From the NCBI RefSeq assembly GCF_001194135.2, contig NC_068986.1, positions 61,974,698 to 62,026,547 on the forward strand: DNA of 51,850 bases. Reading direction: 5' to 3'. The notes under the pieces are model-generated. The model was not told the origin of the DNA. It worked only from the letters and a program-made list of their open reading frames with translations, and did no database searches. Position numbers and translations under genes: made by a program. Source of the stretch: Octopus bimaculoides. Lineage: Eukaryota. Of the stretch, positions 1 through 13,489 are shown in pieces; within the stretch, counting starts at the first letter, position 1, and every line of letters starts with the position of its first letter.

Positions 1-150
1 GATAAACATAAACACACATACACACAATGTGCTTCTTAGAGTTTCTCACAATGGTTTGACCCAGAGATACAATAGAAGGTGTCACACAGTGGGACTGAAC
101 CCAAGTCCACATGATTGGGTAGCAAGCTTCTTAACCATACAATCACACCT
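1..150 (-). mobile_element. tRNA-derived SINE (family A), 5' part
   Basis: Reverse complement of 85-150 is a tRNA-like head (gtatggttaagaagcttgctaccc...gggttcagtcccactgtgtgacac) matching the heads of the copies at 13115-13489 and 40291-40705; CA-repeat remnant at 1-27. Confidence 0.7.
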
Positions 151-276
151 TAAAACACACACACACTTGTTTACGTGTGTGTGAAAATGTTTAAAACCTC
201 GTGTCAGCCCTTAATAAGCAGACTCATGATCATAATAATTTCTTCTTTATTTAATTTTCCCATATAGCAAAGTGGC

Positions 277-592
277 CAAGCTCCCTTCAAGTGTTGGGCC
301 TTTTGGAGGCAATGACAGAGAACTTTGGCGTTATGTTGTGCTTGAGAAGAAGACCCATCAAGCTGGGCAAAATGGCTGTCATGGCAGATACCAATGTCAC
401 GCAAATGGCACCCATGCTGGTAGCACGTAAAAGCACCCATTACAGTCTCAGAGTGGTTGGCGTTAGGAAGGGCATTCAGCCGTAGAAAACCATGCCAATC
501 AGACTGGATCCTGGTGCAGCCTTCCAGCATGCCAGCCCAATCAAACCGTCCAACCCATGCCAGCATGGACAATGGACGTTAAATGATGATGA
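277..592 (+). mobile_element. RTE-type LINE 3' end / RTE-tailed SINE
   Basis: Contains ggcgttaggaagggcattcagccgtagaaa...ccaacccatgccagcatggacaatggacgttaaatgatgatga, the same tail as the RTE copy ending at ~32733. Confidence 0.75.
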
Positions 593-930
593 ATGTGACT
601 GATAACAATGGCCTTGAAGGTTACTAAGATTTTGCCTATTATATTCACTGGTTGGGTAGAACAACACTTTTAACTATGAATATTTTTTGTTTTTGAATTC
701 AGTTTATATTAAATAAGTTTACATTTAATAAGTACATGCATATAAAAAATTGGCTCAAATTTCACAGTAAGAGTCTGGAAGAGCTTAAGTGACTTCTTGA
801 AATACAACTAGCTTGAATCTTTTTACATTATTTGCTTCTTAATTATAAAAAAGTTAAATGTTCTTGTTTGAATATAAGTTCCTATTGGGTTTTACAACCT
901 GATTTCTGTTCTTATAGCATTTTACTCCAG

Positions 931-1053
931 TTACATTACACAATGCAAAGAGAAATGCATGACCACCACGGGTGTTGTTCCTCTCTATTTGAATACATGG
1001 CTTCTAGAGAAGGCAATAAGAAACTGGATGCAGAATAATTTCTCAGATTCAAA
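931..1053 (+). CDS. Candidate internal coding exon of an unidentified host gene (123 nt, phase 2-2)
   Basis: Acceptor tttactccag| at 930 and donor caaa|gtaagt at 1054. One frame is open across the whole exon: YITQCKEKCMTTTGVVPLYLNTWLLEKAIRNWMQNNFSDS. Protein not recognised. Confidence 0.4.
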
Positions 1054-1164
1054 GTAAGTTAGGTAGATATATTTTGTAAAGAAAAATACCTAACATTATT
1101 CCTAAGTCAATCACAAATAATTCTTAGCTAGCAGATTATTGATACTAGTAATACTGATTTCTGA

Positions 1165-1305
1165 CATTGGCACATGGCCAGAAATTTTGAGGGTGAGGTG
1201 TAGTTGATTAACTTAACCTGTACCACTCGTACTTATTTTACATCACCCATTCCATGAAAGGATGAAAGATTATATTGGCCTTGATGTTAGTTGAGATCAA
1301 TGTTG
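1165..1305 (-). mobile_element. Degenerate SINE (family B core)
   Basis: gtacttattttacatcacc...gaaaggatgaaagattatattggcctt is a decayed version of the core seen intact at 24270-24330. Confidence 0.5.
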
Positions 1306-2202
1306 ATATATAACCAATGCAGCAAGACACTTTGCTTGTCAGATTGCCAGTTCAGCCATTCTATTGTACTTTATTAGTAGTAATATTGGAGTACCAGTAC
1401 TTTTTAGTTTTTTCTTTTCTCTTTTATTGTTATAGAGAAAACAACCAGGATTAAATTTAAGCTTTATGTAAAGACGAATTTTCTTATTTAAGTGACACAA
1501 ACATGAAAGAATATGATTTATTTGTATGTTTATGTGTGTATTATATATATATCTTCACAGGGGTGCAATCATAGCTTTCTATCTAAAAAAAAGCCCGGTG
1601 ACAGAAGACAAACAAAAGAAATGAGGTTATGTACTGTATAAGCATAGATTATGCAAATACGACACACACACACACACACACACACGGTTATTGTGGTCTG
1701 TAGTTTTTAGCAAAGAATATTATAGAAAATGGATTATGCAGTTTAAGTGGAGACAACTCTGCAAATACACAAATTATCTCCCTTGAAAAGGGATTTTTTT
1801 TTCTTTCTTTCAAGTCACTGATAATGTTTTATCATAAAAAAAGATTGTGAGTTTATTTTGAAATATAATTGTGCATTGAATCGAATGTTGGCATAACAAA
1901 TTCATTAGACCATTTGAACTCAGTACTGAAAATAACCGAAAATTTATCAGAATGAATTGCTCCACTGTTATTAAAGTATCTCTCCACCAGAGTGCCTCTA
2001 CTGTTCGACTTACAAACAACCAAATCTCTCTGCTCCTTTTATACTAACCCACTTGAGGCCATCCCTAGTTGTTATTCAAGTGATCCAAATTAAAATCTTT
2101 CAGAATTACATGTTTATGTCCCACGCATCAGCTTGATAGTAACAAAGTTATTTTATTAAATTCTATTCCATAATTAATTGAAAGAAAAGCATTGTATTTT
2201 GG

Positions 2203-2884
2203 TAGGTGCCACGTTTTCTGACACCTAATCAAAAGTGTACCAGGCTGATCACGTCACTGGAAAATCTGACATTGCTTGAGGCAGATCGAGCTGGTTTCCA
2301 TGAACATTTTCTATGCAAAGATGACTTCATTACATTGAGCGAGAGACAAAGAAATAATCTATGCAGTGGAAACACCCCCTCCATCTGCTCCAAAGAAGGC
2401 CAAGATCGTTTCATCTACAGGAAAGGTGATGGCCTCAGATTTTTGGGATGCAAAAGGTATTGTGCTTATTGAGTATCTTCAAAATGGAGAGTACTATGCC
2501 TACTTGCTGAGGCAGTTACAAAAAGTTACCAAAATCAAACACCTTAGAAACTGAATGCTCTAACACATAGTCATTAGTTTCAATGACTGTAGCATTGGAC
2601 TAGTTGACCTATTTTCTGGATTTGGCCCCATCTGACTGACTATCATCTGTTACCCAGCATGAAAAAACACTTGGTTGGGAACCAGTATTGCAGTGAGGAT
2701 GATGTCATATCTGCTGTTGATGACTTCTTGGACCAACAGGATGAAAGCCTCTTCACCTTCAATTGGATTGAAGTGCTGTAACCCCAATGGAAGAATTATG
2801 TGGACAGCAAGGGGATTATGTTGTAAAATAAACTTCATAAAAGTATTTTGATTAGCTGATGAACTTTTCAGCCGACCCTTGCTA
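2203..2884 (+). mobile_element. mariner transposon relic (5'-truncated), transposase pseudogene
   Basis: Translations VPRFLTPNQK, PKKAKIVSSTGKVMASDFWDAKGIVLIEYL and DLAPSD...HL are mariner WVPxxL / YSPDLAP motifs. 3' TIR gaacttttcagccgaccctt at ~2860-2882. Same family as 35393-38197. Confidence 0.85.
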
Positions 2885-3666
2885 TATCTCAGAATTTGAG
2901 TGAACATGATATATAGTTACACATTTAAAGTCTACTTACATTATGAAAAACGTTTTTTCTGTATTATGTTTCTTTGAAAATTTTCAGCATATATTTTACT
3001 GGATTACACATCAGAATTTTACTTTTTGTGTGCATGCATGCATGTTCTTTTTTCATTGCAAATCAAATCCAAAAACGAAATATAGATAACATTGTTGTTC
3101 ACTTTTATTTTGTATTATAGTAATAATTACTAGAAGAAAATGCTAAGTATTCCTTTTTAAACATATTTATACTTAATCGTTTTGATACTACCATACTTGG
3201 GATTGCTTCTTGTTCTATGAGACAAAGTTGCTTGTTTTAAAATGTTCATATTTAAAACAGTCTTTTTATAATTTTACATAAACAAATGTTATGTAACTGC
3301 AACAAATGCTAGTTTTATAAAGAAAAGTGAATTATTTTGCAAAATACTTCCAAACTCATGGTTATTTTAAAAATGAATTTAAATACATAGGTAATGTTTC
3401 ATGAGAAATATGGTCTTGAAAAGTAATTCTACATGAGTGCTTCGTGTATTTTAAGGTTTGATTGTTGTTTGGAGTTAGATTCATGCTTTGAAATTTGTAA
3501 CTTGGGAATTTTACCATGATATGCTTTGCATTTCCACTTTTGTTTCATGTTCACAATATTCTTCATGTTTGTTACATTCAATTGTTAAAATTAGATGTTT
3601 ACTGATCATTGTGTAATGGATATAACTATTTTAGTATTTGAATTATGTTACCTTTAATCACTATCG

Positions 3667-3950
3667 TTCATCGTTTAACTTCCGCCTTCCTTGCTAGCAT
3701 GGGTTGGACAATTTGACTGAGGACTGGGGAACCAGATAGCTGCACCAGGCTCCAATCTGATCTGGCATAGTTTCTACAGCTGGATGCCCTTCCTAACGCC
3801 AACCACTCCGAGAGTATAGTGGGTGCTTTCATGTGCCGCCGGTATGAGGGCCAGTCAGGCGGTACTGGCAACAGCCATGTTCAAAATGGTGTTTTTTACG
3901 TGCCATCTGCACAGGAGCCAGTTCAGCGGCACTGGCAACGACTTCACTCA
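3667..3950 (-). mobile_element. RTE-type 3' end / RTE-tailed SINE
   Basis: Reverse complement of the tail at 277-592 and 32330-32733 (catcgtttaacttccgcc...ggatgcccttcctaacgccaaccactcc). Confidence 0.75.
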
Positions 3951-4649
3951 AAAGTTCTGCCCCGGTTGAGGACTAAAAGTGAAATATTTATAAAACCAAG
4001 CTGTAAAAGTATGTTGTAACATACTTAATGTAAAGAACCCCAAAACCTTCAATTAAAATTAACTCTTTGTGAGGAGAAAATAATATCACAAGCATAATGA
4101 TGATTTCCAGTTATTAGAAGAGCAAGGCGACAGGTAGTAATTAGCGAGTCTAGCCTAAGATTTAGACATTTCATTTTATCCATTTGTCCTTTCTACTAGT
4201 AAAATGAAAAATTACATCTGTCAACAATCACATCAGATATCAGGAAATTCCCACAGCAATTGTAGAGCAAATGTAGACTGAGACACAGAAGTCATGGACG
4301 GACGGATAGATAGAATTTCATGTTTATTATTATAGATAACAAGTGATGCAGTTTTGACAGATAATACAATACATTAAGATTTAAATTTATAAAATGGTAT
4401 TGTTTTCATCTTTTAGTCAGGAGGGAAGGCAGTATCTATGACTTGTTATAGGGCCTCTGAAATTGGTGAGAGGGGAGGAGGAAGGTATCTTCAAACCAGA
4501 AACTTGGCCTGAATACTTGCAACAAAGTAGGTGCTACTAAACATACCCAATTAGGCCATGGAAGGATTTGCATTCAGAATGCAAAGAGCTGGAACAAATA
4601 CCACAAGCCATCCTGTCAGACGTTCTTACATTCCTTTGAATCCACTGTC

Positions 4650-4787
4650 TTAGCTTGGTACTTTTTTAGCAACCCCAAAAGAATGAAAGGCAAAGTTGAT
4701 GTTGGCAGGATTTGAACTTGGAGCAAAGTAAGTCAAAGCAAACAACAAGAAGCATTCTCTCTGACATTCTAATGACTGCCAATTCAC
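4650..4787 (-). mobile_element. Degenerate SINE (family B)
   Basis: tggtacttttttagcaaccccaaaagaatgaaaggcaaagttgatgttggcaggatttgaact: core plus B-box in reverse orientation. Confidence 0.6.
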
Positions 4788-5511
4788 ACCTAAGTTATAA
4801 ATGATAATTTTATTTTAGAAAGCATTACAGTGATACTGTATTATGGAAAGTGGTATTAAGAAGATGCTACTGAATTTCTAGTCTTTAGAAACAATGAAAG
4901 GGATTAAAAGCATTGACTTAATATATTCATTGCTATTGCCTATTATTATGAGCTTGACATTTAGTAATGTTAGTATTAGCTGACCTTTCTTTAAGTGGTA
5001 CCATATGCATTTACCCTGTTATAAAATAATTTGTCCTCCATCGAAGGTACGACTGTAGAATACAATTTTATAATTCATGACATCATTATACTTACAAAGT
5101 TTTAGTTACAAGTGTGTGTGTGTGCGCACACGCAATAGACTAAATATTTTAGAGCAGAGGATGTAGGATTCAAGTTTCAAATCCTATATAAAGTAATTAT
5201 GGCTGATGAAAACAAAATGCAAAAATGTTTACATGCCCAACTGTAATTAAATTAGTTCAAGCCTGGTTAATGTTTTCCTGGCATGTCCTCCTACATTGAT
5301 CCTTATTTCTTTTGATATGATGGGTTTAGCTATTTGTATTATACTAATTTGCTCTATAATTCTTCCTTACTGATTTGCTGGGATAAATATATTTGAATCA
5401 AGTGATTATGAAGCAAAGCACATTTTTGTACTCCACTTGACTGGCACCCTGTTTCACTTTATGGTTGAGTGATGAGTAGTAGGGAGGACATTTTCTGTAA
5501 GTGCAGCTTTG

Positions 5512-5515
<4 letters not shown>

Positions 5516-5542
<27 letters not shown>
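5516..5542. repeat. (GA)n microsatellite
   Basis: Perfect AG dinucleotide run. Confidence 0.95.
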
Positions 5543-7084
5543 CTCTAGTTAACCTGAATGTACAAACAAAAATAAAAACAAGTTAAAACATTTGAATTAT
5601 AATTGAGATGGTTGCTTGAACTGATTTCTCCCATGTTCAGGAAGTGGGAAGATTGTTTAAAACTGACAGATTAAGATAAATTGTTAAAATAACATAAAGG
5701 TGTCATTTAGTCTCAGGTCAATGCTTATTCAGCTAAGCTGTGTTTGAAAGTACTTCAGCTGAGATAACTTAGTCTCTTGGTTTTTCCAGGATTACATTAC
5801 CCACTATATCCTCCTTTTCTAAAATAGTAGAGTGTGGTCGCTATTTTAGCAGGGTAATGATTACAGAAAGACTATACATGTATGTATTGAATGAGATGTG
5901 ACTTTCCAACCCATCTAGGAGGATATTAACTCTAAATATATACTGGCCTAATACCAGCCCTGCAGACAGAGAAAATCAGATATGCAAAAAAATTCTCAAT
6001 TTACACCTTGATTGAATGTTTGAATGTCTTAAATTACATTAACAGTCTGTAGCAACCCTGTAATAAACATGTTGCACTGAAACATTTTTATTGTGATTAT
6101 TATGTCTTTTACATGAACAATGTGTGTTTGAATGTAACTTTTTTTTTTAGTCATCTTGTGGTGTGTGTTTGTGGTACTAAATTTGAGATAGCCATAATAA
6201 TACTACGATGTTTATGCTCTTAACTTATAACAAATCATTGGGTTTCTTAATATCATACACACACTTTTGCTTTCCTAGACAATCTTGAGAGGAGATAAAT
6301 TTAATTTTCAGAAGCACAAATTTAGTCCTACAATTATATCTTCATCAGTCTGGCTATGCAAATCCAGCACTACCACTACTATAGCTGTCTCACTTTGGTT
6401 ATGAAAAATGTGTGTAAGCACGTCTCTTTCCTTCCTCCTTTACTCTTTTCTTTGTTACATGTCCTCACAATTGTTTTACATGCCCTCCTTGTAAGTTTTA
6501 TTTATTTTCTGATACTGTCAGCTTTACTTACAAAGGCAATGTTAGGGAGTCAATAAAGTTTTAAGTTTTTATGAGTGCATATAAAATACTGTTAACACAG
6601 CTGCCTCAGTCTGGCTATAGCCATGCTCTCTACATACAGGTATATGGAAAATGTGTATTCATTCATGTTTCTGTATCTTACTGTGACACATGTGTGCACA
6701 CCTACATTCTCATATATCAACAATGAAAGAATTTATTTGGTGCGACATCTTTTAGTGAGTGCATACATTTTTGTGTTTGGGTGTTTGTGCATATCTATGT
6801 ATATTTGTACACATTTACATGCACATTTCTCTGTGTGCTTGTATGTATATTTTCATGTATATACACAGACATGTTTATAAAGATGAAGCATCCAAAGATG
6901 ATCTGGGTTTTTTTCAGCTTGATCTGGATTTCTTGATCTTTACAATCTTTGGTGGGAGTAGTAATTACATAGTTGTAGTAATGTTTGTTGTGGTAGTGTG
7001 GTACAAACACGTGTGTCGGTCTGACTTTCTGTCTTCTATTAGGGAATATACTTAAGTGTACTGCATATATATCAAAAAGATCGA

Positions 7085-7255
7085 AGATCCATCCCAGGCC
7101 ATTGGCTCATAATGCCAATTTCCTGGATTCTGTGGCATACATATATCTCTCCCATGGATGAGATGCCAGTCCATCACAAGATTACTCATTTACGCCAGTT
7201 GAATAGACTGAAGCAACATGAAATGAAGTTTTTTGCTCAAGAACACAACACCCAG
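7085..7255 (+). mobile_element. SINE fragment (CORE/V-like body)
   Basis: tggatgagatgccagtccatcacaag...gactgaagcaacatgaaatgaagttttttgctcaagaacacaac resembles the aagtgtcttgcccaaggacacaac-type SINE body. Confidence 0.45.
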
Positions 7256-7369
7256 TTTTGCTTACACACACACATTTATTAATTTGAGCTAAGACCATTA
7301 TACATAAATACTATCTAAGCACTAAAATGTGCATGTTAGTACACTTTTGTGAACTATTTAATCCTTATT

Positions 7370-7760
7370 GGACATCAAGTTGGAGAAGATGCTAACAATT
7401 TCTTTTACCTGGCCAGTGTGATTAGTGATGGAAAAATAGTAAATAATGTGAACAAGAGAATTAGCAATGTAGGAGCAAGAACAAAAATCAATACTGATAT
7501 GAATGAAGGTTTGCCTATACAATGCTAAACAAGGAAAGTGTCCAAGAAACTGGACACACTTCACCAACAATATCTACAGAAGAACCTCAAAATCACTTGG
7601 TAAGATGACACTACACTTGAGAAAATCTTTCTGTGAAACACTGATGCTGCATTGGTTTTGCCTTGCACTTGGTATGCAATGACTGCAATGATGAAAATAC
7701 TGGAAGAAGGATAATGAGGAAATGGTTTTGGGTTCAGTCTCACAGTATGGACCTTGGGAA
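7370..7760 (+). mobile_element. Old RTE LINE ORF2 relic
   Basis: Frame-shifted translations FFYLASVISDGKIVNNVNKRISN and KLDTLHQQYLQKNLKITW match the RTE post-RT motifs (F.YLGS.I...G....EV..RI..A; KL..FH..CLR.IL.I.W). Confidence 0.6.
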
Positions 7761-7777
7761 GCATTTTCTATTTGAAC

Positions 7778-7842
7778 ACTGGGCCAACAAAAGCCTTGTG
7801 AGTAGATGGGAATTGGTAGACAGAAACTGAAAGAAGCCTGTT

Positions 7843-7879
<37 letters not shown>

Positions 7880-8075
7880 AATAGAGTGTGAGTGTTTGTC
7901 TCCTTCTCTTGACACAAAGTGATGATTGTTGTAAACAAGTATTATTGCTATATTAGCAGTGTTCTTCATTTCCAGTCTTCCATGACAACATGTCTAGCCA
8001 TGAAAACATGTTACCTTGTTTCGAAGCAGATGAGATTTGGTGGCAAGGCAGACATCAGACCAGAGAAAATCTCTC
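7778..8075 (+). mobile_element. SINE family A body with (TG)n(AG)n and 3' tail
   Basis: aaagccttgtgagt...ggtagacagaaactgaaagaagcc followed by the microsatellite, as in the other family A copies. Confidence 0.6.
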
Positions 8076-9254
8076 ATGCATGAAAAAGTGGATGTTACAT
8101 TTGGTGATATTGCAATTCGCTAGAATATTATTCACATGATAAAAAATTTTAACCAATCACAATATCACCTAGAACTGGCTCCAGCAACAATCCCATCCTT
8201 TTTGGCCATTTTCCTTGAGCCTATTCAGCACACCCTGACTACTTGACAGAGAGCATTGATAGACACCATAGGAAATGGCCAACAGAGATGATGGACAGTA
8301 GCTGACAACCACAATGAACAATCGACAATAACAACATAATGACCAGCAACTAACTTTTCAACTGTTACTACAATTACACCAAGAACAATGACATTCAAAC
8401 TCTTTTGACGTTTTGCTGTTTGTAATAACAACCTTTGCTTTCTGTTTACAGGAAGAATAAAATTTTGTTTATCATAAATCTCATAGATATTAGTATTCTT
8501 CATCATAGATATCCATATGCATGTAATCATATTTATTTAAAACAAACTTATTACTTTGTTGTGTAAGGTATATTGAGAGGTAATTAGAATTTTGATCTAT
8601 AATTTTAGCTAATTTGCTAGCCTATTATTGTCGTTTAGTGTTGGAATTCTTGCAACACTTATCTATAGTGATCTAATATAACTTTCAAAATGCTGGTAGA
8701 AAATCAATGTGAGATTGATTATCTCACAATATGGGCGAAATATGCTTTTGTACAGATTTATCCAACCCATATGATGTACAAGAATTGTAATTTAACAAAT
8801 CTTTTAAGGTGCTTTTAGTTTTAGGATAATTAAAAGAAAAATATGTATATTATATTTTAAATTTTATTTTTGGTCAACTCTAGATTTACTCTGAAAAAGA
8901 GAAGAAAAGTATAATTAAAAGAAATTCCTAACTACTTTTGTTTTTTATTCAAGATTGTTCAAAGAATAAATTTCTAGATATAGATTATTTCAAATGATAT
9001 ATATATATATATATATAAATATACACACATATTATCTTAATATGCATTTTTAAATAGACAGAATATCATTGAAAATGAAAAATTTCTTGTTTTATTGTTG
9101 TCCTTTCCTGTTGTATTTTGCAACAGGAAAAGTATATAATCAGGATAAAATATCAGCAAGACTAACTATATTTAATGTTCTATTATATGCTATAATTAAA
9201 TTACAGACACATTTATATTGAAGTTATATGTGGCATGTATGTGTGTATATATAA

Positions 9255-11672
9255 GAGGGTTATGACGTTTTGATTTTTTTGGAAGTAAACAATTTCCTGT
9301 GTCAAAAGTCAATGAGCAATTTCATTATTTTAATTTTAATTTTAATTTTTTTAGAAAAATGTCACCTCCAACTGGAAAAATCTAACACCACTTTTGATCC
9401 AAATCATGCAAAATTCTAGGGGGTGGGGTCATAATACCTACTCAAGTTTTTACCAAACTTGGTGTGCTAACTTAATGCAATGCAGAAGCAGTATATCTCA
9501 AATTTCAGCTTTCAGGTTTAAGTAGGTTAGGAGTTACAGAGTTTTTAATTTGTTACTACTTAGGCCCTACTTTAGGAAATATCACCTTCCTCTCCTTTTT
9601 ATTTCTGTGATGCTAAAAACTCTAACTATATTAACTGTTTTTCTGAATAGTAGGCTTATCCAACTAGAGTCTAAAATAATGTCTCATAAGAGAAGTGCTT
9701 GTGTCACTCAAAGAAACAAAAAAAATTTGGATGAAGAATCTTGTGCAATTTCAAGACTCACATAGGAAAAGACCACCTGTTCCCCTAGAAGAGCATTCTT
9801 TGGAAAACAACTGCAGGATACCAATGAAACTTCAAATTGTCAGTTGCTACCTGTTCCTTAGAGGTACCATCAAAGGAAGGAAAGGAAATGTGTAAAATGA
9901 GGAAAATACAAATCATTGAAAGGAACTTTTGGCATTACAACGGAAAATGGTGAATGGCTGTGCAGTGAGGATAGAAGGTTATGTTATCTTCAAAGTGAGA
10001 GCAAGGGACAGGTTGGGTATGCAACTGAAAAGGCAGCCAGTTACACAGCTATCCATCCATCCATCCAAAAGAAGGAAAGTGTCCTTAATACCAACTTCAA
10101 CCAGAGCAACTCCAGTGTCATTGTCAATGTGTGAAGCAGAGACTGAAAGTGAATATCAAGAGTCCGAAAAATCAGATGAAGAATCTACACAAACAAGGAG
10201 GAAGTATAGCAAAACTGGAACTGCAACCAAGTTAGTAATACCTTCCAGCCCAAAAAGCAGCAACAGTTTGTCGACAGTTATCTCAAGATGGAATCAATGT
10301 CAATACTCCTTCCCAATTTGGTATTTACAGATCAACTATCATAGAAGCTGTTAAACTAAAAACGAAAATGAAGAAAACACTACATTTAGAAACTTGTTCA
10401 TTGGAAATGTAAGGTAAACGTATTGATGATCAAGAATACCAAAGTGCTAGTTTTAAAGAATGAACAGAGAGAAGTTAAGTTAGAAGCACTTCAATTACCA
10501 AACAGAAAAGCCGATACTGTTGCGAATGGAATAACAGCTGTTTTAGATGAATACAGTTTATGGAATTGTGTAAAGATGATTGTCACTGATACGAGTGTGA
10601 ACACTGGGAAAAGAAATGGCATTGTCATTCAGTTGCAAAGACTGTTTGCTCCCAAGGGTTTGAAAGAACCACAATTTATTGGTTGTCAGCATCATATCCT
10701 TGATAGAGTTCTTCGTGTTGTAATGGATAATGAACTTGGAGAAAAAAGTCATCTCCCAATATTAAATATACGCACGGTGGTGCACCAGCATGACCGCAGC
10801 CACTTGGCTGAAACACATAAATAAATAAAATACATTCATGTCAGAGCGTCTAAGTAATTACAAGAAACTCCAGGTTAATTTCAACAATGGTGAAGAAAAG
10901 ATTACTGATTCAGCAGGTGGCGAGATGATATAAAATTTCTATTTCATTTGACCAGAGTTTTTCATTTCTTTGAAGCAACCGGAAAATTTCCTATTGTAAA
11001 GTTTCAAAAAATACCCAACTTAAGATGGAATTCTCAAGCAATATTAGCTCTTTTGGCATTTATTCTTCTATCAGAGAAAAGAGTTTTGCTTCTCAATGTT
11101 TTTCAATTCATCTCTTACAGCTGGGCAGATTTTTGGTTTACTGACCAAATGTTCAATGCACATGATTATCAGAAGTTATGTGGTAGCCTGCAAGTTCATA
11201 ATGAAGCATTGAACTATGTAAAAAACTTTTGGAGTCGAAAACCATCAAAACTGGAAATTCCCAGAACAAATCAGAGTGCAGAATGGGCAATCAAGTGCCC
11301 TCAAGATCTTTATGATGTTTGTAAAGAGAAGGAGAAACTTCAGTTTCGATTTATTTTATCTGACAAAACATTAATTCTTTGTTTAAAAATTGGCTTTAAA
11401 TAGGGAATTAAACTTATAAAGTTAAAAATATGTATTGTTTTTAATTTTGTATGTTATTGAATGCTTGTAGTGGCCTCTGTCTTAAAATAGCTGTTTTGAA
11501 CCTTTGCATAGAGCAATTTTAATTCAGTAATCTTAAAAATGTATAAATACACTTTTATTCCACATCTCTCTTGTGAAATAAAGTAAAATGTGTGTTAGTT
11601 TCCTGACTTTTATGAAATTATTCATTGAATTACAGTATAGGATTATTAGGTTGTGAAAATGTCATAACCCTA
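9255..11672 (+). mobile_element. hAT-superfamily (hATm-like) DNA transposon, near full length, transposase pseudogenised
   Basis: TIRs gagggttatgacgtttt (9255-9271) and aaaatgtcataacccta (11656-11672); flanks atatataa / atatatat resemble an 8-bp TSD. Peptides MIVTDTSVNTGKRNG, FIGCQHHILDRVL (CxxH-type motif), RWNSQAILALL and PRTNQSAEWAIK (ORFs 10423-10824, 10948-11403). Confidence 0.75.
10771..10830 (+). mobile_element. Short SINE family A 3'-tail insertion splitting the hATm-like transposase
   Basis: ggtggtgcaccagcatgaccgcagccacttggctgaaaca matches the reverse complement of the family A tail at 13125-13170; transposase-like sequence resumes after ~10830. Confidence 0.5.
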
Positions 11673-12209
11673 ATATATATATATATGCCTTTGTATGAAA
11701 ATTACAATATATATTCAGAATTTAAATATATTTCTTTGTCTGGAGTAATTAATATTTTCCATTTATCTGTTAATGTCTACTGCTTGTGAATTTTTCTGGT
11801 TATTCCACAAATAGAACTAATGAATCACAGTTTGAAACTTAGAAAGATGTAGTTAAGAAAATGGTATCCAATTTTATCATATTAATGAAATGTTTCTAAA
11901 TTCAAAATTAGGGACACTTTTTATTGGAAGAGAAATGACTGCTGGAAATAATATTGACTTGAGACCAATAAGATTAGTTTTCTGGTGTATATAACATATT
12001 GATTTCCTTTAAATTAACCACATATTGATGATGGATACATCTGGTTTAAAGAAATTTAGAAATTGATTTAAATGATTCTAGTGATAATGCCTGAACAGAA
12101 TGAATGTTTTTCAATTGAACAGTTGATAAATAAATGAGGTGAATATAATGATGATGGTGTAAAGAAAGAATAAATAAAATTCCTATGAATCTACATTTTA
12201 ATGTGAAGG

Positions 12210-12432
12210 ATTTACAAGGTGGCGAGCTGGCAGAATTGTTAGCACACCAAGCAAAATGCTTAGTGGCATTTCGTCTGTCTTTATGTTCTGAGTTCAAATT
12301 CTGCTGAGGTCAATTTTGCCTATCATCCTTATGGAATTGATAAAATGGGTACCAGCTGAACACTGGATTTGATGTAATCAACTAACCCCTTGCTTCAAAG
12401 TTGCTGGCCTTGTGCCAAATTTGAAATCAATA
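12210..12432 (+). mobile_element. tRNA-derived SINE (family B), full length
   Basis: A-box-like ggcgagctggcagaa, B-box gagttcaaatt, core ttttgcctatcatcc...gataaaatgggtaccag, tail ggccttgtgccaaatttgaa. Confidence 0.8.
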
Positions 12433-13114
12433 TGAAGGATTTATTCCTTAATATTTTAAATTAATAAACATTGTGTGGAGTTGGTGGGGTCTAAAATTAA
12501 GTATTGAGGATTAGTTGGTATAATATTTAGAGCTTTAGATGGATAAACGTAAGCTGTTAATATATAATCAGGATAAAACATCAGTAAGACTAAGAGTGAG
12601 ACTAATTTATATTAACTAGGTTATTGAGAAAATTACAATTTTCAAATTCATTCTGTATTTATATTGTTCTGTGGGTAAGGTATCTTGTTTATTTATACAC
12701 ACATGAATGATTTTAGTTTAAAAATTTACCATTAAGAAACTATTTAATTATTAATTTTTTTAAAGGAGACCTAATTTGCTTCATCTCTACCATTCTAAAA
12801 GTCAAATTGAATAACATTGTTTGGTAAATTTGTTTGGGAGAATTTTTTTAAATTCTAATCTTCCTTAGCAAAGATGACAGGAGTATGTAAGTAAAGTGTC
12901 AATAATTTTTGGTCAACAAGTTGTTTTTTCCCCTCTCTCCATATTAAAATCTTTTGTTCAAAACTGCAATGTAACAAATAATTATACCTGTTACCAGCCA
13001 GCTAATTACAGCAGAGACCATTCATATACAAAATCCACTGAATTTCACACTTTTCCTTGCTAGATCTTTTCATTAAAAAAAAAAGTTAGACAACTATTTT
13101 GATTCATAATTCTC

Positions 13115-13489
13115 GTTTACTCTTTTGTTTCAGTCATTTGACTGCGGCCATGCTGGAGCACCGCCTTTAGTCGAACAAATCGACCCTATAACTCGTTCTT
13201 TGTAATCCTAGCATTTATTCTATCGGTTTCTTTTGCCGAACCGCTAGGTTACAGGGGCGTAAACACATCAGCATCGGTTGTCAAGAGATGGTGGGGGGAC
13301 AAACAAAGACACAAACATATACACATATACGACGGGCTTCTTTCAGATTCCGTGTACCAAATCCACTCACAAAGCTTTGTTTGCCCGAGGCTATGGTAGA
13401 AGACACTTGCCCAAAGTGTCACGCAGTGGGACTGAACCCGAAACCATGTAGTTGGTAAGCAAGCTACTTACCACACAGCCACCCAAGCG
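13115..13489 (-). mobile_element. tRNA-derived SINE (family A), full length
   Basis: tRNA-like head at 13420-13489 (reverse strand), CA-rich middle, tail tttcagtcatttgactgcggccatgctggagcaccgcc; collinear with 40291-40705. Confidence 0.85.

Noticed and set aside
8225-8530. 101-aa minus-strand ORF with a hydrophobic stretch
   Set aside because: No recognisable domain or splice signals; composition explained by AAC/ACA-rich low complexity.
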